Source: Mobula birostris
Lineage: Eukaryota
Direction: 5' to 3'
Assembly (NCBI RefSeq): GCF_030028105.1
Contig: NC_092370.1
Span: 143,177,680 to 143,241,679 of the forward strand
DNA length: 64,000 bases
The first letter of the stretch is position 1. Every line of letters starts with the position of its first letter. Position numbers and translations under genes: made by a program. Positions 27,025 through 39,229 of the stretch are shown piece by piece. The notes beneath the pieces are model-generated. The model saw nothing but the letters and a program-made list of their open reading frames with translations, ran no database searches and had not been told where the DNA came from.

Positions 27025-27113
27025 CTTCCAACACTGATGTTTTGCAAAGTAGTCGCCTCTTTCTGTCCATTCTTGTTTTGTCGAAGTTTTAACAAACATG
27101 CTGTCATCGAGCT
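27025..27113 (-). CDS. TRANK1: TRANK1 exon, 89 bp (ELDDSMFVKTSTKQEWTERGDYFAKHQCWK)
   Basis: tccttttgcAG|AG CTC GAT ... TGG AAG|GTgaga; phase 1 to 0. Confidence 0.93.
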
Positions 27114-27499
27114 CTGCAAAAGGAAATTATTTCAGGTGAACAGCAGCCCACTTTACCCCGATAAGAGATATCAACTTCTCAATATATTGGTATCAAGACA
27201 ATACAGTACTCCAATCATTTGGAAAGAAGCAGAGCTTATTTCACATGACAAGTGAAGGTGCTTTGTACCTTCCCTGTACTGTACACCATTATCCGCTAGT
27301 TCAACTAGCAGGTCTCTTCTTTAAGCCAGAGGGCATGGGCTCAAGCTTGCAAGGTAGTGTGGGATAGAATAACTCACTTCTCCCACAGGTGAATGGTCAC
27401 TAACCTGAAATATGAACCTTGTTACTTTCTTTATAAATGCTGCCTGACCTATTCTATATTTCCAGAATTTTCTGCTTTATCCTGGCAACTGAATTTTAT

Positions 27500-27665
27500 A
27501 TTTAATAATTGAGATATAACCTGGAATAGGCGCTTCTGGTTCTTCGAGCTGCGCTGCCCAGCAGCCCCCGATTTAACCTTTCCCTAATCACGGGACAATT
27601 TACAATGACCAATTAACCCCATCTGGTACGTCTTTGGACTGTGGGAGGAAACTAGAGCACCCAAG
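27500..27665 (-). mobile_element. HE1/V-SINE-like SINE 3' part
   Basis: Reverse complement GGGTGCTCTAGTTTCCTCCCACAGTCCAAAGACG. Confidence 0.7.
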
Positions 27666-27699
27666 GAATTTGATTTCAGAATATTTATCATTTATAACA

Positions 27700-29210
27700 G
27701 CTGGCACATCAGATTACAGTGGTCTATATAAATTTTAGTAAGGCCTTTTATAAGATTTCACATGGTATGCTGCTCTGGGAGGTTAGATCGCATGAATCCA
27801 TGGAAGATACACAGTAGGCTTGATGGTAGAAAGCCAAAGGGGATTGGCTGATTTGAGGCCCATAACTAGTTGTCTGCCTCGGAAGTCAGCGTTGCGCCTA
27901 TTGTTTCTGTCATCTATATAAATGTTTATTACAATTAATAAGGCACGTTTAATAAGTTTGCAAATCACACTAAAACAGGTGGCGTAGTGGATAGTGAGGG
28001 TGGTTATCAAAAATTACACGGAAGTATTGACCAGCAGAGCACGTGAGCTAAAAGTGGCAAATGCAGATTAATTCAGGTAAGTGCAAGGCAATGTTGTAGG
28101 ACAGATCAAGTGCATGGTTCCTTGAAAGTGGAATCACTGTTAGGTAGGGTAGTGAAGAAGGCACTCTAGACTTCATCAGTCAGGGAACTGAGTGTAAAAC
28201 CTGGGAGTACTTTGTTCAGTTCAGTTTTGGTCACTCCACTATAGGAAAAAACTGGAAAGAGTGCATAAAAGATTCAGAAAGATGTTACCAATACTTGAAG
28301 GACTAACTTATAGGGAGAGGTTGGACAGACCAAGACTTCATTCCATGGAGCACAGGAGACTGGGAGGATCCTTATAGAGGTGTATAAAATCAAAAGGGAC
28401 ATGGATAGGTGAATGCACTCAGTGTTTTTCCAGGGTTGGGCAATCAAGAACTAGAAGACAACTAAGGTTTAACATGAGAGGGGGAAGATTTAATCTGAAC
28501 TTGAGGGCATTTTTTTTTAAAAAACACAAAGGGTGGTATGCATGTGAGACAAGCTGCTGCAGGAAGTGGTGGAGGCGGGTACAAAAGCACATTTTAAAAG
28601 ACAGTTGTACAAGTAGGAAAGGTTCAGAGAGAAATGGGCTGAATACTGACAAATAGAACTAGAATAGATGTAAATGGACCAGAAGGACTGAAGGGTCTGT
28701 TTCTTTGTTGTACAATTCTATTGCAACAGACCACTGACTAGGCTGCATTGCAGTACTGTCTACAATATTATAAGGAGGATGCGATTAAGCTAGAAAGAGT
28801 GCAGAAAAGATGCACAAGGATGCTACCTGGTTCAGAGGACTTGAGTTATCAGGAGAGTTTGGGTAGGCTCATCCCATTTTCCTTGGAGTGAAAGAAGCTG
28901 GGAGATGACTTGATAGGGGTATATAAAGTTATGAGAAACACAGATTGAGTTGATAGCCGGAGTCTGTTTCAAATGGTAGGGGTATCTAGAAGTAGAAGAG
29001 CTTTAAAGGGGTCTGAGGGGTAAACCTGCCATGCAAAGCATAGTTGGTATCTGGAATGAGCTGCCAAAGGAGGTATTGGAGACAGGAGCAGTAACACCAT
29101 TTAACAGGCATCTTGACAGATACTTGAATGAACAAAGAATTAACTGATGCAGGCAAGTGGGTTTAGGCACAAGAGTCAAAACAGATGTGGTGAGCTTAAT
29201 TTTATGACTC
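27700..29210 (+). mobile_element. Old CR1 fragments
   Basis: Decayed RT and 3' text. Confidence 0.7.
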
Positions 29211-29279
29211 TATGAAGTCATTACAATGAGAAACACGTAAAGTTTAGGTTTTTCTCTCTTCTTCTGTTCTGATAATGAG

Positions 29280-29588
29280 ATATAGGCATCCGTTAGTCTC
29301 GTGAGACCATGGATTTGCGCCTTGGAAGGTTTCCAGAGCGCAGGCCTGGGCAAGGTTGTATGGAAGACCGGCAGTTGCCCAAGCTGCAAGTCTCCCCTCT
29401 CCACGCCACTGATGTTATCCAAGGGAAGGGCACTAGGGCCGATACAGCTTGGCACCAGTGTCGTCGCAGAGCAATGTGTGGTTAAGTGCCTTGCTCAAGG
29501 ACACAACACGCTACCTCAGCTGAGGCTCAAACTAACGACCTTTAGATCACTAGACAAACGCCTTAACCACTTGGCCATGCGCCAACAC
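29280..29588 (-). mobile_element. tRNA-headed SINE with RTE-type tail
   Basis: Minus strand: box A TGGCCAAGTGG, box B-like GTTTGAGCC, central GTGTCCTTGAGCAAGGCACTTAACC; ATAATG on both flanks. Confidence 0.8.
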
Positions 29589-29719
29589 ATAATGGTCCTG
29601 ATAATTAAATTGAAGTATTTGGCAGAATCGTCTTTGAGCCTTGTGGTCTGCAGATACCCTTCCTTAATAAATATACTAAGAGATATGACCTACTTTATTC
29701 TCTACAACTGTTTTCCTAC

Positions 29720-29876
29720 CTTTATCTTCATTGGTTTTGACAACATTGACAAACTGTCCTTTGATGAAGTATTCAAAGGCTGGGGCACGTTTTCCTTTGT
29801 TTTCATCAAATATCCACAGGTTCACCCTTGCTCTTGTGAAGGCTGTGTACAACTGTTTTAGTTCACAATTCAGCAG
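29720..29876 (-). CDS. TRANK1: TRANK1 exon, 157 bp, helicase motif VI (LKQLYTAFTRARVNLWIFDE)
   Basis: Translated by hand. ttctgtgtgttAG|CTG CTG AAT ... GAT AAA G|GTagga; phase 0 to 1. Confidence 0.95.
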
Positions 29877-30049
29877 CTAACACACAGAAAGAAAGCATGT
29901 TAATCATTATGAGCAGCACAGTAACCATTACTTGTCCTTCTACTGTGACACTTCCTGTATGAACTGTGATTAAAGTTAATAAATTATTGAAAATTCCAAA
30001 AGCATAGAATCTTAAGAGTGAGAAGAGTGGTCCATGACCACAGGACAAT

Positions 30050-31940
30050 ACTGATCAATTGGTAAATTGGCCAGAGGAATAAATGGCAGTTGGTATTTAA
30101 TTCTGAAAAATGTGGAATCGTGAATTTAGGAATGATTAATAAGGTCAGAAGACACAAAACAAGTGATAAAACTATAAGTTGAACACAGCAACTTTGGTAT
30201 ACAAAGATCTTTGAAAACAGCTACAGAGGTAGATAAAGTGGTGAAAAAGCCACCCTGGAAACGATTCTCATTAGCTGGGACACAGAATACAGGAGCTGGG
30301 AAATTATAGAACAAATAACTAAGTCATTAGTGAGGCCACAAGTGGAGCACTGTGTGTATTTCTGGTCACCACACTGTAAGAATAATTCAATAACACTGGG
30401 AAGGTTGCAGAGAAGATTACTAGGATGTCGCCCTGGATAAAGTATTTCAATTATTAGGAGAAACTGGATATGCTGGGACTATTTCTTTTGGAGCAAAAAG
30501 GCTGAGAGAAGACCTGAAATTTGAGAGATAGTGAGGCCTTGGTTAAGAATGAGGTGCATAGCAGGTATAGGCAGCAAGGGAAAATGAGTAACTGGTGGGG
30601 TTATAAAAAATGGAAGAGAACACTTAAGGAGGAAATCAGGAGACTCAAGAAGACATGAGGTACCTCTAGCAGACAAGGTGAAGGAGAATCCCAAAGGCTT
30701 CAACATACATATTAAGAGCTAAAGGATAGCAAGGAGCAAAACTGGTCCTCTACGAGAGTAGAGTGGTCATCTATACATGGAGCCGAAAGAGATGGGGGCA
30801 AACCTGAAATGTTTTTTTGCATCTGTATTTACCCAGGAGATGGTCAGAGTCTACAGAAGTGCAGCAAAACAGCAGACGGAAACGGACCATGGGGGCGGAG
30901 GTGATTGCTGTCTTGCAGTAAACTAGGGTGGATAAATCCTCAGGGTCTGACGAGGTGTTCCCTTGGAAAAGCCAGAGAGTGTAAGCAGATGGCTGTCTCT
31001 CTGACTGGGGGCCTGTGGCTAGTGGTGTGCCTCAGAGATTGGTGCTGAGTCCACTGTTTGTTATCTACATCAACGATCTGGATGATAATGTGGTAAACTG
31101 TGGATGATACCGAGATTGGGGGATGTAGTGGACAGTGAGGGAAGCTATCCAAGCTTGCAGTGGTATGGAAAAATGGGCTGAAAAATGGCATGTGGAATTT
31201 AATGCAGACAGTGTGAGGTGTTGCATGTTGAGAAGACAGATCAGTGTAGGACTGAAGACGGTGAGCAGTAGAGCACTGCAGAGTGTGGTAGAATGGATGG
31301 AATTGGGAAAACTGACCCTTACAAGTGGTGTCACAGGTAGATGGGGTATAAAGAAAGCTTCTAGCATCTTGGCCTTCATAAATCAAAGTACTGAGTACAG
31401 GATTTAGGATATCATGTTGAAGTTGTTTAAGACGTTGGTGACACCTAGTTTGAAGAATTGTGTGCTGTTCTAGTCATCTACCTACAGGAAGAATATCAAT
31501 AAGATTGAAAAACTGCAGAGAAAATTTACAAGGACGTTGTTGGGACTTGAGGACCTGAGTTATAGGGGAAAGATTGAATAGGTTTGGACTTTATTCCCTA
31601 GAGTGTACGAGAATTTGAAAGATCTGAACAAAATTATGAGGGGTATAGATAGGGTAAATGCAAGAAGGTGTTTTCCACTGAGGTTGGGTGAGACTACAAC
31701 TAGAGGTCATCTGTTAAGGGTGATAGATCAAATACTTAAGGGGAACATGAGGGTGAACTTCTTCACCCAGAGAGTGGTGAGAATGTGGAACAAACTACCA
31801 GGAGAAGTGGTGGATACAGATTTAAGTTCAACATTTTAGAGAAATTTGGTTAAGTACAAGGAAGGGCGAGGTATGGAGGGTTATGGCCAGGTCAGGTCTA
31901 TGGGATCAGGCAGAATAATACTTTGGCATGGACTACATGC
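30050..31940 (+). mobile_element. Old CR1 fragments
   Basis: WAEKWHVEFNAD, TTTRGHLLRV. Confidence 0.75.
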
Positions 31941-31944
31941 CTCC

Positions 31945-33855
31945 AAGAGAACCACAACCTTGATGTGGTTTGGAGGTTTGCATGCCTCAATGACCCAGCC
32001 AGCTATGCTGCCTGGAGTCAGGGCTTTATGCTTTGGCACTGGGGAAGGTCACCCATGTCGAACAGGTCAAAGCGTAGAGGACAGACTGAGAATGGTCCAC
32101 TGGTCCTTTAGGTTTGGGGTTCAGCTCAGGGCTAACAACCCTGGCAGGTGAAAGAAAATTTTTATGGAAACAGCAATGAAGAGTCTATATTTGAGTGTGA
32201 TACTGGTATAAGTCGCTGGAGAGATTGCGGTGGCATTAACGATGATCTTTCAAGAATTGATAGATTCTGGCATTGTACCAGATGATTGGAAAATTGCAAA
32301 TGTTACTCCGCTATTTAAGAAAGGTGGGAGGCAGCAGAAAGAAAATTATAGACCTGTTAGCCTGACATCAGTGGTTGGGAAGTTGTTGGAATCGATTGTT
32401 AGGGATGAGATTACGGAGTACCTGGAGGCACATGACAAGACAGGTCAAAGCCAGCATAGTTTCCTGAAAGGAAAATCCTGCCTGACAAACCTACTGCAAT
32501 TCTTTGAGGAAATTACAAGCAGGGCAGACAACGTAGATGCAGTAGATGTGGTGTATTTAGATTTTCAGAAGGCCTTTGACAAGGTGCCGCACATGAGGCT
32601 GCTCAGCAAGATAAGAGACCATGGAATTACAGGGAAGCTACTTGTGTGGGTGCAGCATTGGCTGGTCAGCAGAAAACAGAGAGTGGGAATAAAGAGATCC
32701 TATTCTGGCTGGCTGCCGGTTACCAGTGGAGTTCCACAGGGGTTGGTGTTGGGACTGCTGCTTTTTACGATGTATGTCAATGATTTGGACTATGGGATTA
32801 ATGGATTTGTGGCTTAATTTGCTGATGATACAAAGATAGGTGGAGGAGCAGGTAGTGTTGAGGAAACAGAGAGACTGAGATAGTTTAGGGGAATGGGCAA
32901 AGAAGTGGCAAATGAAATAGTGTTGGAAAGAGTATGATCATGCACTTTGGTGGAAAAAATAAACAGGCAGACTATTATTTAGGTGAGGAGAGAATTCAAA
33001 ATGCAGAGATGCAAAGGGACTTGGGAGTCCTTGTGCAAGATACTCTAAAGGTTAACCTCCAGGCTGAGTCGGTTGTGAAGAAGGCGAATGCAATGTTGGC
33101 ATTCATTTCTAGAGGTATAGAATATAAGAGCAGGGATGTGATGATGACGCTCTATAAGGCACTCTTGAGACCACACTTAGGAGTCTTGTGTGAAGTTTTG
33201 GGCTCCTTATTTTCGAAAGGATATACTGACATTGGAGATGATTCAGAGAAGATTCACGACAATGATTCCAGGAATGAAAGGGTTACCGTATGAAGAACAT
33301 CTGGCAGCTCTTGGGTTGTATTCCTTGGAGTTCAGGAGAATGAGGGGGGATCTCATAGAAACATTCCGAATGTTAAAAGGCTAGAACAGATTAGTTACGG
33401 CAAAGTTATTTCCCATGGTAGGGGATTCTAGGACAAGAGGGCATGATTTCAGAATTGAAGGATGTCCTTTTAGAACTGAGATACGGAGAAATTAGTCAGC
33501 GGGTGGTAAATCTGTGGAATTTGTCGCCATGAGCGGCTGTGGAGGCCAAGACATTGGGTGTATTTAAGGCAGAAATAGATTCTTGATTAGCCAGGGCATC
33601 AAAGGGTATGGGGTGAAAGCAGGGGAGTGGGGATGACTGGAAGAATTGGATCAGCCCATGACTGAATGGCGGAGCAGACTTGATGGGGCGAAAGTCCACT
33701 TCTGCTCCTATATCTTATGGTCTTATTATTCCTGAGACTCCACCTGGGACTTGCATGGCTGACAGTAGTGAAAACTGAGAGGAAGGTTTGCCAACTACCA
33801 AGGATGGAGCAACTTCATTATTGCCCTAAATACCAGCAGTGTAACAGGCTCTAAG
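31945..33855 (+). mobile_element. Non-autonomous RTE-clade element (31945-32210 and 33728-33855) split by a younger CR1
   Basis: ACCACAACCTTGATGTGG...CCTCAATGACC...GCTATGCTG...GGTCACCCATG..ACAGGTC resembles RTE/BovB/Expander 5' regions. Confidence 0.55.
32210..33727 (+). mobile_element. Relatively young CR1 LINE, (TCTTATGG)n tail
   Basis: ORFs 32230-32817, 32934-33293 and 33190-33384 carry RT motifs. Confidence 0.9.
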
Positions 33856-35170
33856 CATGGACTAGATGGGCAGAAGGGCCCGCTTCTGTGCTGTAGTGTT
33901 CTATGTCTCAAGAAGGGAATAGAAATGGAGATATTAAAAAAAAAAACCTTTTCCCTTAGCTGAGAAGTCAATGACCTGAGGGCGTAGTTTTAAGGAAGGC
34001 ATAGGGTGATTTGAAGAAGATTGTTTTCCATCTGTGAAGTGGCTGAGATCCGCAAAACACCGCCAAGGAGGTGATGGAAGTAGATAATCTTGCAAAGCAG
34101 TATTCAGATGAAAGGTTGGATTCCAAAACAAAGAAGGTTGTGTGTGTGATAGCTAACATGGACAAAATGGACTGAAGGGCCTGCTTCAACGTTAAATAAC
34201 ATGACCAAAATTAATCAACCATAAAACAGATCAAAGTTAATTACTCAAATGCATCCTTTACTTCATAATATCCAGATTAGGAATGAAACAATTGGGGATT
34301 CTATTTCTATACCAGACTTGGCTGTTATTGCTTCACAAGGATAGATTACACTACAGGACATAGCAAAGACATGTAAAAAGGGCAATGTTATGATAGTCAC
34401 AGAGGATTTCAACATGCAGGTAGGTTTGGAAAATCACATTGGTGCTGGATCGCAAGAGAAGGAAATTGTACAATGAATATAAGATGGCTTTTTAGAACAG
34501 CTTGTGATTGAGCCCACTAGAGAAAGGCATATTTGGATTGGATGTGGTGAAATGAACCAGATTTGATTAGAGCTTAAGGTAAAAGAACCATTAGGAGACA
34601 GTGATCATAATATGATAAAAATTAACCCTACAGTTTGAGAGGGAGAACCTAAAATCAGATGTATCAGTTCTACAGTGGTGTGAAGGGAAGTACAGAGGCA
34701 TGATAAAGGAGCTGGCCAACATTGATTGGAAGAGGACACTAGCAGGGATGACAGCAAAACAGCAATGGCTGGAGTTTCTGGGAGCAATTCCAAAGGCACA
34801 CGAAAGACTTGTGCCAAAGAAGTATTCCAAAGGGAGGATAAGGCAACTGTAGCTGACAAGGGAAGCCAAAGACAGTATTAAGCAAAAGAGGGCATATGGT
34901 ATAGCAAAAAATAATAGGATGTTAGAAGAATAGAAAAGTTTTAAAAACCAACAAAAGGCAAATAAAAAAGCAATAGGAAGAGAAAAGCTGAAATATTAAG
35001 GTTTGTTGGCCAAGAATATAAAAGAGGATACCAGAAGTAGTAATGGGGGTCATAGAGTCTTGTAAAAGTACTCAGCCCCAAGCCCTTTGTTCACGTACTG
35101 TAGAAATGGAAGAAAACTTAATAAGTATTTTGCGTTGGTCTTCGCTGTGGAAGACACTAGCAGTATGCCA

Positions 35171-35401
35171 AAAAACCTGTGACAAACGTCTAAACCTCTT
35201 TTTGACACAAAATGGAAGGCAATGAAGACTCAGTAGTTTGTTTAAAAAATTAGATGGTACTCCATGCAAACTTGAACATATTGGGTTGTGAAACCGCAGG
35301 AAAGTCGTGAAAGCAGTGAAGAGATTTTCACAACCAATCTTTAAAACATGTTAGGATTTTGAATATTTTTGTAGCATTGGAAGTATAAATTAATGTAAAT
35401 T
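35171..35401 (+). repeat. 230-bp segment, inverted copy of 42489-42718
   Basis: Manual alignment gave about 16 differences over about 230 bp. Confidence 0.9.
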
Positions 35402-35638
35402 AATGTTCAGGGGACAGAAGTGAATGTAGTTGCTATTACCATGGAGGAGGTGCTTGGGAAGCTGAAAGGTCATACAGTAGGTAAGACACCTGGACCAGAT
35501 GGACTACACCCCAAGGTTCTGAAAGAGGCAGCTGAAGAGATTTTGGAGGCATAGTAGTGACCCTTCAAAAATTGCAGGATTCTCGAAAGATTCCGAAAAG
35601 ACTAGAAAATTGTAAATGTCACTTCACTCTTTAAGAAG

Positions 35639-36260
35639 GCAGGAGGGAGGAGAAGATGGCAGCGCGCTGCGCGTGCGCAGCTCTCTGGTGAAAAATGATG
35701 TTGTATCTGTTAAATAGGGGCTGTGGACAATTCTGATTTGATGGAGAATGGACGTGAAATCACAGAGGAACATCTGGAGAAATTTCTGAAACGCCCATCC
35801 GCTGCTGTCGTTACTGTGTGGTCAGGAATCTTTCGGAGGGTAGGCCTCAAAATCCCGGGCCTTGCCTACTTTTGGCGACCGAGAAGGAGGTCAAATCGCT
35901 CGGACAGAGATGGCGCTCAGTACTCGGTGTCGGAGAGCTGATCAGAGCTTGAAGTTTTTGGATGACTCAGAGTCAGATTATGGTCGGCATGGCAGGGAGA
36001 GTTTTTCTTCCCTCTCCCAACTGCGTGAGATGTGGTACATTTGAGAAACTTTGAACTTTACTGTGCTCATGGACTTTCTTCATCAAGTTATGTATTGTGC
36101 ACTGTTGTAATTATATGTATAATTATGTGGTTTTGTCAGTTTTTTCAGTCTTGGTTTGTCCTGTGTTTTGTGATATCACACCGGAGGAAATAATGTATCA
36201 TTTCTTAATGCATGCATTACTAAATGACAATAAAAGAGGACTACGTGTCTTCATAATCTA
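35639..36260 (+). mobile_element. About 620-bp non-autonomous retroelement (AAGATGGC head; AAATGACAATAAA and ATCTA tail)
   Basis: Second copy inverted at 40409-41015 and a tail-only copy at about 4046-4106; inserted in CR1 coding sequence. Confidence 0.8.
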
Positions 36261-37881
36261 AAATTATTGACCAGATAGCCTGAATTCAGTGGTTGGGAAG
36301 ATGTTGGAGCTCCATTATTAACCATGAATTTTTGGGATGCAGGGAGGCATATGATAAAATTGGGGAAATCGTACATGACAAATCTATTGGAACTCCTTGA
36401 GGAAAGAACAGGCAGGAAAGACAAAGGAGAATCAGTGGATGTTGTTTACTTGGATTTTCAGGCTTTTGACAAGGTGCCGCACATGAGGCTGCTTAACAAG
36501 AGCCCATTGTAACACAGAAAAGATACTAGCATGGATAGAAGGTTGGCAGAGGGAAAGAGAGGGAATAAAGGGAGACTTTTCTGGTTGGCTGCTAGTGACT
36601 CGTGGGTGTTGGGAACGCCTCTTTTGATGTTATACGGATAATGGAATTGATAGCTTTCTGGCCAAGTTTGTGGTCAATACAAAGACGGGTGGAGGGGTAG
36701 GCAGCATTGGCATCTGCAGAAAAATTTAGATAGATTGGGAGAATGAGCAAAAAAGTGGCAGATGGAATATAGCATAGGGAAGTATACAGTCATACACTTT
36801 GGTAGAAGGAATAAAGGAGCAGATTACTTTCTGAATGAGGAGAAAATTCAGAAATCCAGGGTGTTCATGATTCCCTAAAGCTTAACTTACAAGTTGAGTT
36901 GGTGGTAAGGAAGGCAAATGTAACGACAGGATTCATTTCAAAAGGACGAGAATACAAGAGCAAGGATGTAATGTAATATAATGTAATAAGGTGTTGGTCA
37001 GGCTGCACCTGGAGTATTATGAGCAATTTTGAGCCCTTCATCTAGGAAAGGATGTGCTGGCATTGAAGTAGGTCCAGAGGAGTTTAATGATAATGAAAGG
37101 GTTAATGTATGAGAAGCATTTGTCAGCTTTGGCTTGTACTTGCTTGAGTTTAGAAGAATAGGGTGGGGGGGGAAGCATCTCACTGAAACATATCAAATGT
37201 TAAAAGGATTAGATAGAATGGATGTGGAGAGGACGTTTCCTCTTGTGAAGGGGTCTAGGATCAGAATAGAAGGATGTCCCTTACTACAACAATGGCATGG
37301 ATTTCTTTAGCCAGAGGGTGGTGAATCTGTGGAACTCATTGCTGTAGACAGCTGTAGAGGCCAAGCTATTGGGTATATTTAAAGCAGAGGTTGATAGTTT
37401 CTTGATTAGTAGGGATGTCAAAGGTTACAGGGGAAAGACCAGAGAACAAGGTTGGGAGGGATAATAAAATTAAGCATGATTGAATGGTGACACAGATGTG
37501 ATGGATGAAAGGTCTAATTCCGTTCCTGTGTCTTATGGATTGCCTGTGATAGTGCTCAAGAATATCCGCACGATGAGGCTCTTTCGCTGAACAGCACACT
37601 GTATCCGTAACAGAGTGATATTATTTACCTGAGAGTAGCCAAACATATTGGGGACAAAAATAAAACAATGGGGTTAGACCTTACACCTAATGACTGTGAC
37701 AAAATGGCTGTGTGGATTACAACAACTCACAAATGAACTAGCCTGTGACAAAAGCAGTTCTGCAGCTTCAGTAGCAACTAGTTCAGAATGATGTGGAATG
37801 CAGTGGTACCCACATAGCCATGGTACACTGGAATAAATCCTTCTCATTTATATCTGACAAAATATAGTGTATCAGTTTTAC

Positions 37882-38022
37882 CTTGTGCCGTTCTGAATTG
37901 AATGCAAGGGGCCTGCTTTGAGGAACGACATCATCCAAAGGTTGAGCTAGTAATACTTCTTGGTGGTCTTTTGACTGAGGTGAAGGTTGAAAGGAAGAGA
38001 TGACCCGCCATTCCTTATCAGC
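37882..38022 (-). CDS. TRANK1: TRANK1 exon, 141 bp (ADKEWRVISSFQPS...FNSERHK), linker between motifs V and VI
   Basis: Not in the ORF track; translated by hand. ttcttatctctgcAG|GCT GAT AAG GAA TGG ... CAC AAG|GTaaaa; 47 codons, phase 0-0. Confidence 0.92.
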
Positions 38023-38334
38023 CTGCAGAGATAAGAAAAAGAAAGAATATATTCAGTATACTCTTCAGGCATTGATGTTCAGGAAGGATTGTAAGGAGTG
38101 CAGGTGGGTGCTATGCATTACAATCAACTCTTCATAACAACCGTCTGCCATGCTTTTTCTCCACTTCCACTGATCACAATCAGTTCTACTCTACTACATG
38201 AATAGAACCAAAAATCAAGGAAGTGCAGTTGCTTGAAATCTGTAAAAAAAAATCGGAATCACCTCTTTCTGCTGCTCTTGCTCAGTAGTTCACGAGACAG
38301 AAACATTCATAGTTTCAGGCTGATGTCCTTACAA

Positions 38335-39200
38335 CAGGGTTCCCCAACCTTTTTTGCACCGTGGACAGGTTTAATATTGACAATATTCTTGCGGACCCGC
38401 CAACCGGGGGGGGGGGGGGGGGGGGATGATGTTAATCATGACCGGAATATAGGTGATAAGTCAACTATAAGTCACTTATAAGTGGCTAATACACTCAATT
38501 TCATTTCTAAAAGGGTTTATCTAACACATTTAATATTAAACACACAGCGCATATTTTCCTCGCATGAATATTGATAAGTTAATTATAAGTCAGTAGCATC
38601 GTAACATTTGGATATTAAACACACAGCGCACATTTTCCTTGTATGAACATATAAAATCATTGCAACACACCAATATCGCTGAATCAGTGGGTGCCCTGGG
38701 CTTGTTTTCCTGCAACAAGACGGTCCCATCAAGGTGTGATGGGAGACCGTGATACTCGAAGGGGGTTCCTTATGTCCAGTCTATTCCGCAATTTAGTTTT
38801 CGTTGTATTCATTGCAAAAAAAACTCTGCTTCGCAGTGATATAATGTTGGAAATGGAAGCAACGTTTTCAGTGCTTTCGTGGCTATCTCAGGATATTCAG
38901 CCTTGACTTTGATCCAGAATGCCGGCAGAGATGTTATGTCAAACATACTTTTCAGCCCACCATTATTTGCAAGCTCGAGGAGTTGATCTTTTTTCTGCAT
39001 TGACATGGATGATTCACCGGGGACATTCACAAATGGGTCACGGACCCATTCCTTTGCATGTCTTGAGTCACTGATGACCTTGTGTGCATTCAAGTTCAAC
39101 AGTGCGTGACAGGGATTGAGGAAAGGTGCAGCTGACTCACATCGCCAAATCCTATCATTTCCTTGCACATGCTTTATGGCCCGGTGGTTGGGCACCACTG
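38335..39200 (-). mobile_element. Internally deleted hAT (Buster/Charlie-type) DNA transposon
   Basis: Imperfect TIRs CAGGGTTCCCCAACC and GGTTGGGCACCACTG; perfect 8-bp TSD CCTTACAA (38327-38334, 39201-39208); ORF 38809-39198 WVRDPF...FWIKVKAEYPEIATKALKTLLPFPT matches a hAT C-terminal dimerisation domain. Confidence 0.92.
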
Positions 39201-39229
39201 CCTTACAACACTATTATGATGAATAGGTA

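Larger units (their letters stand above)
34340..37540 (+). mobile_element. Long decayed CR1 (endonuclease to 3' end) with nested insertions
   Basis: CR1 ORF2 text, e.g. VDVVYLDFQAFDKVPH; interrupted at about 35051-35102, 35171-35401 and 35639-36260. Confidence 0.8.

Noticed and set aside
29301-29861. 186-aa + strand ORF
   Set aside because: A chance frame across a SINE and the antisense of a TRANK1 exon.
35051-35102. About 50-bp insert resembling a Tc1 terminal repeat (CTTGTAAAAGTACTCAGCCCC...ACTGTA)
   Set aside because: Too short and diverged; the ends are not convincingly inverted.
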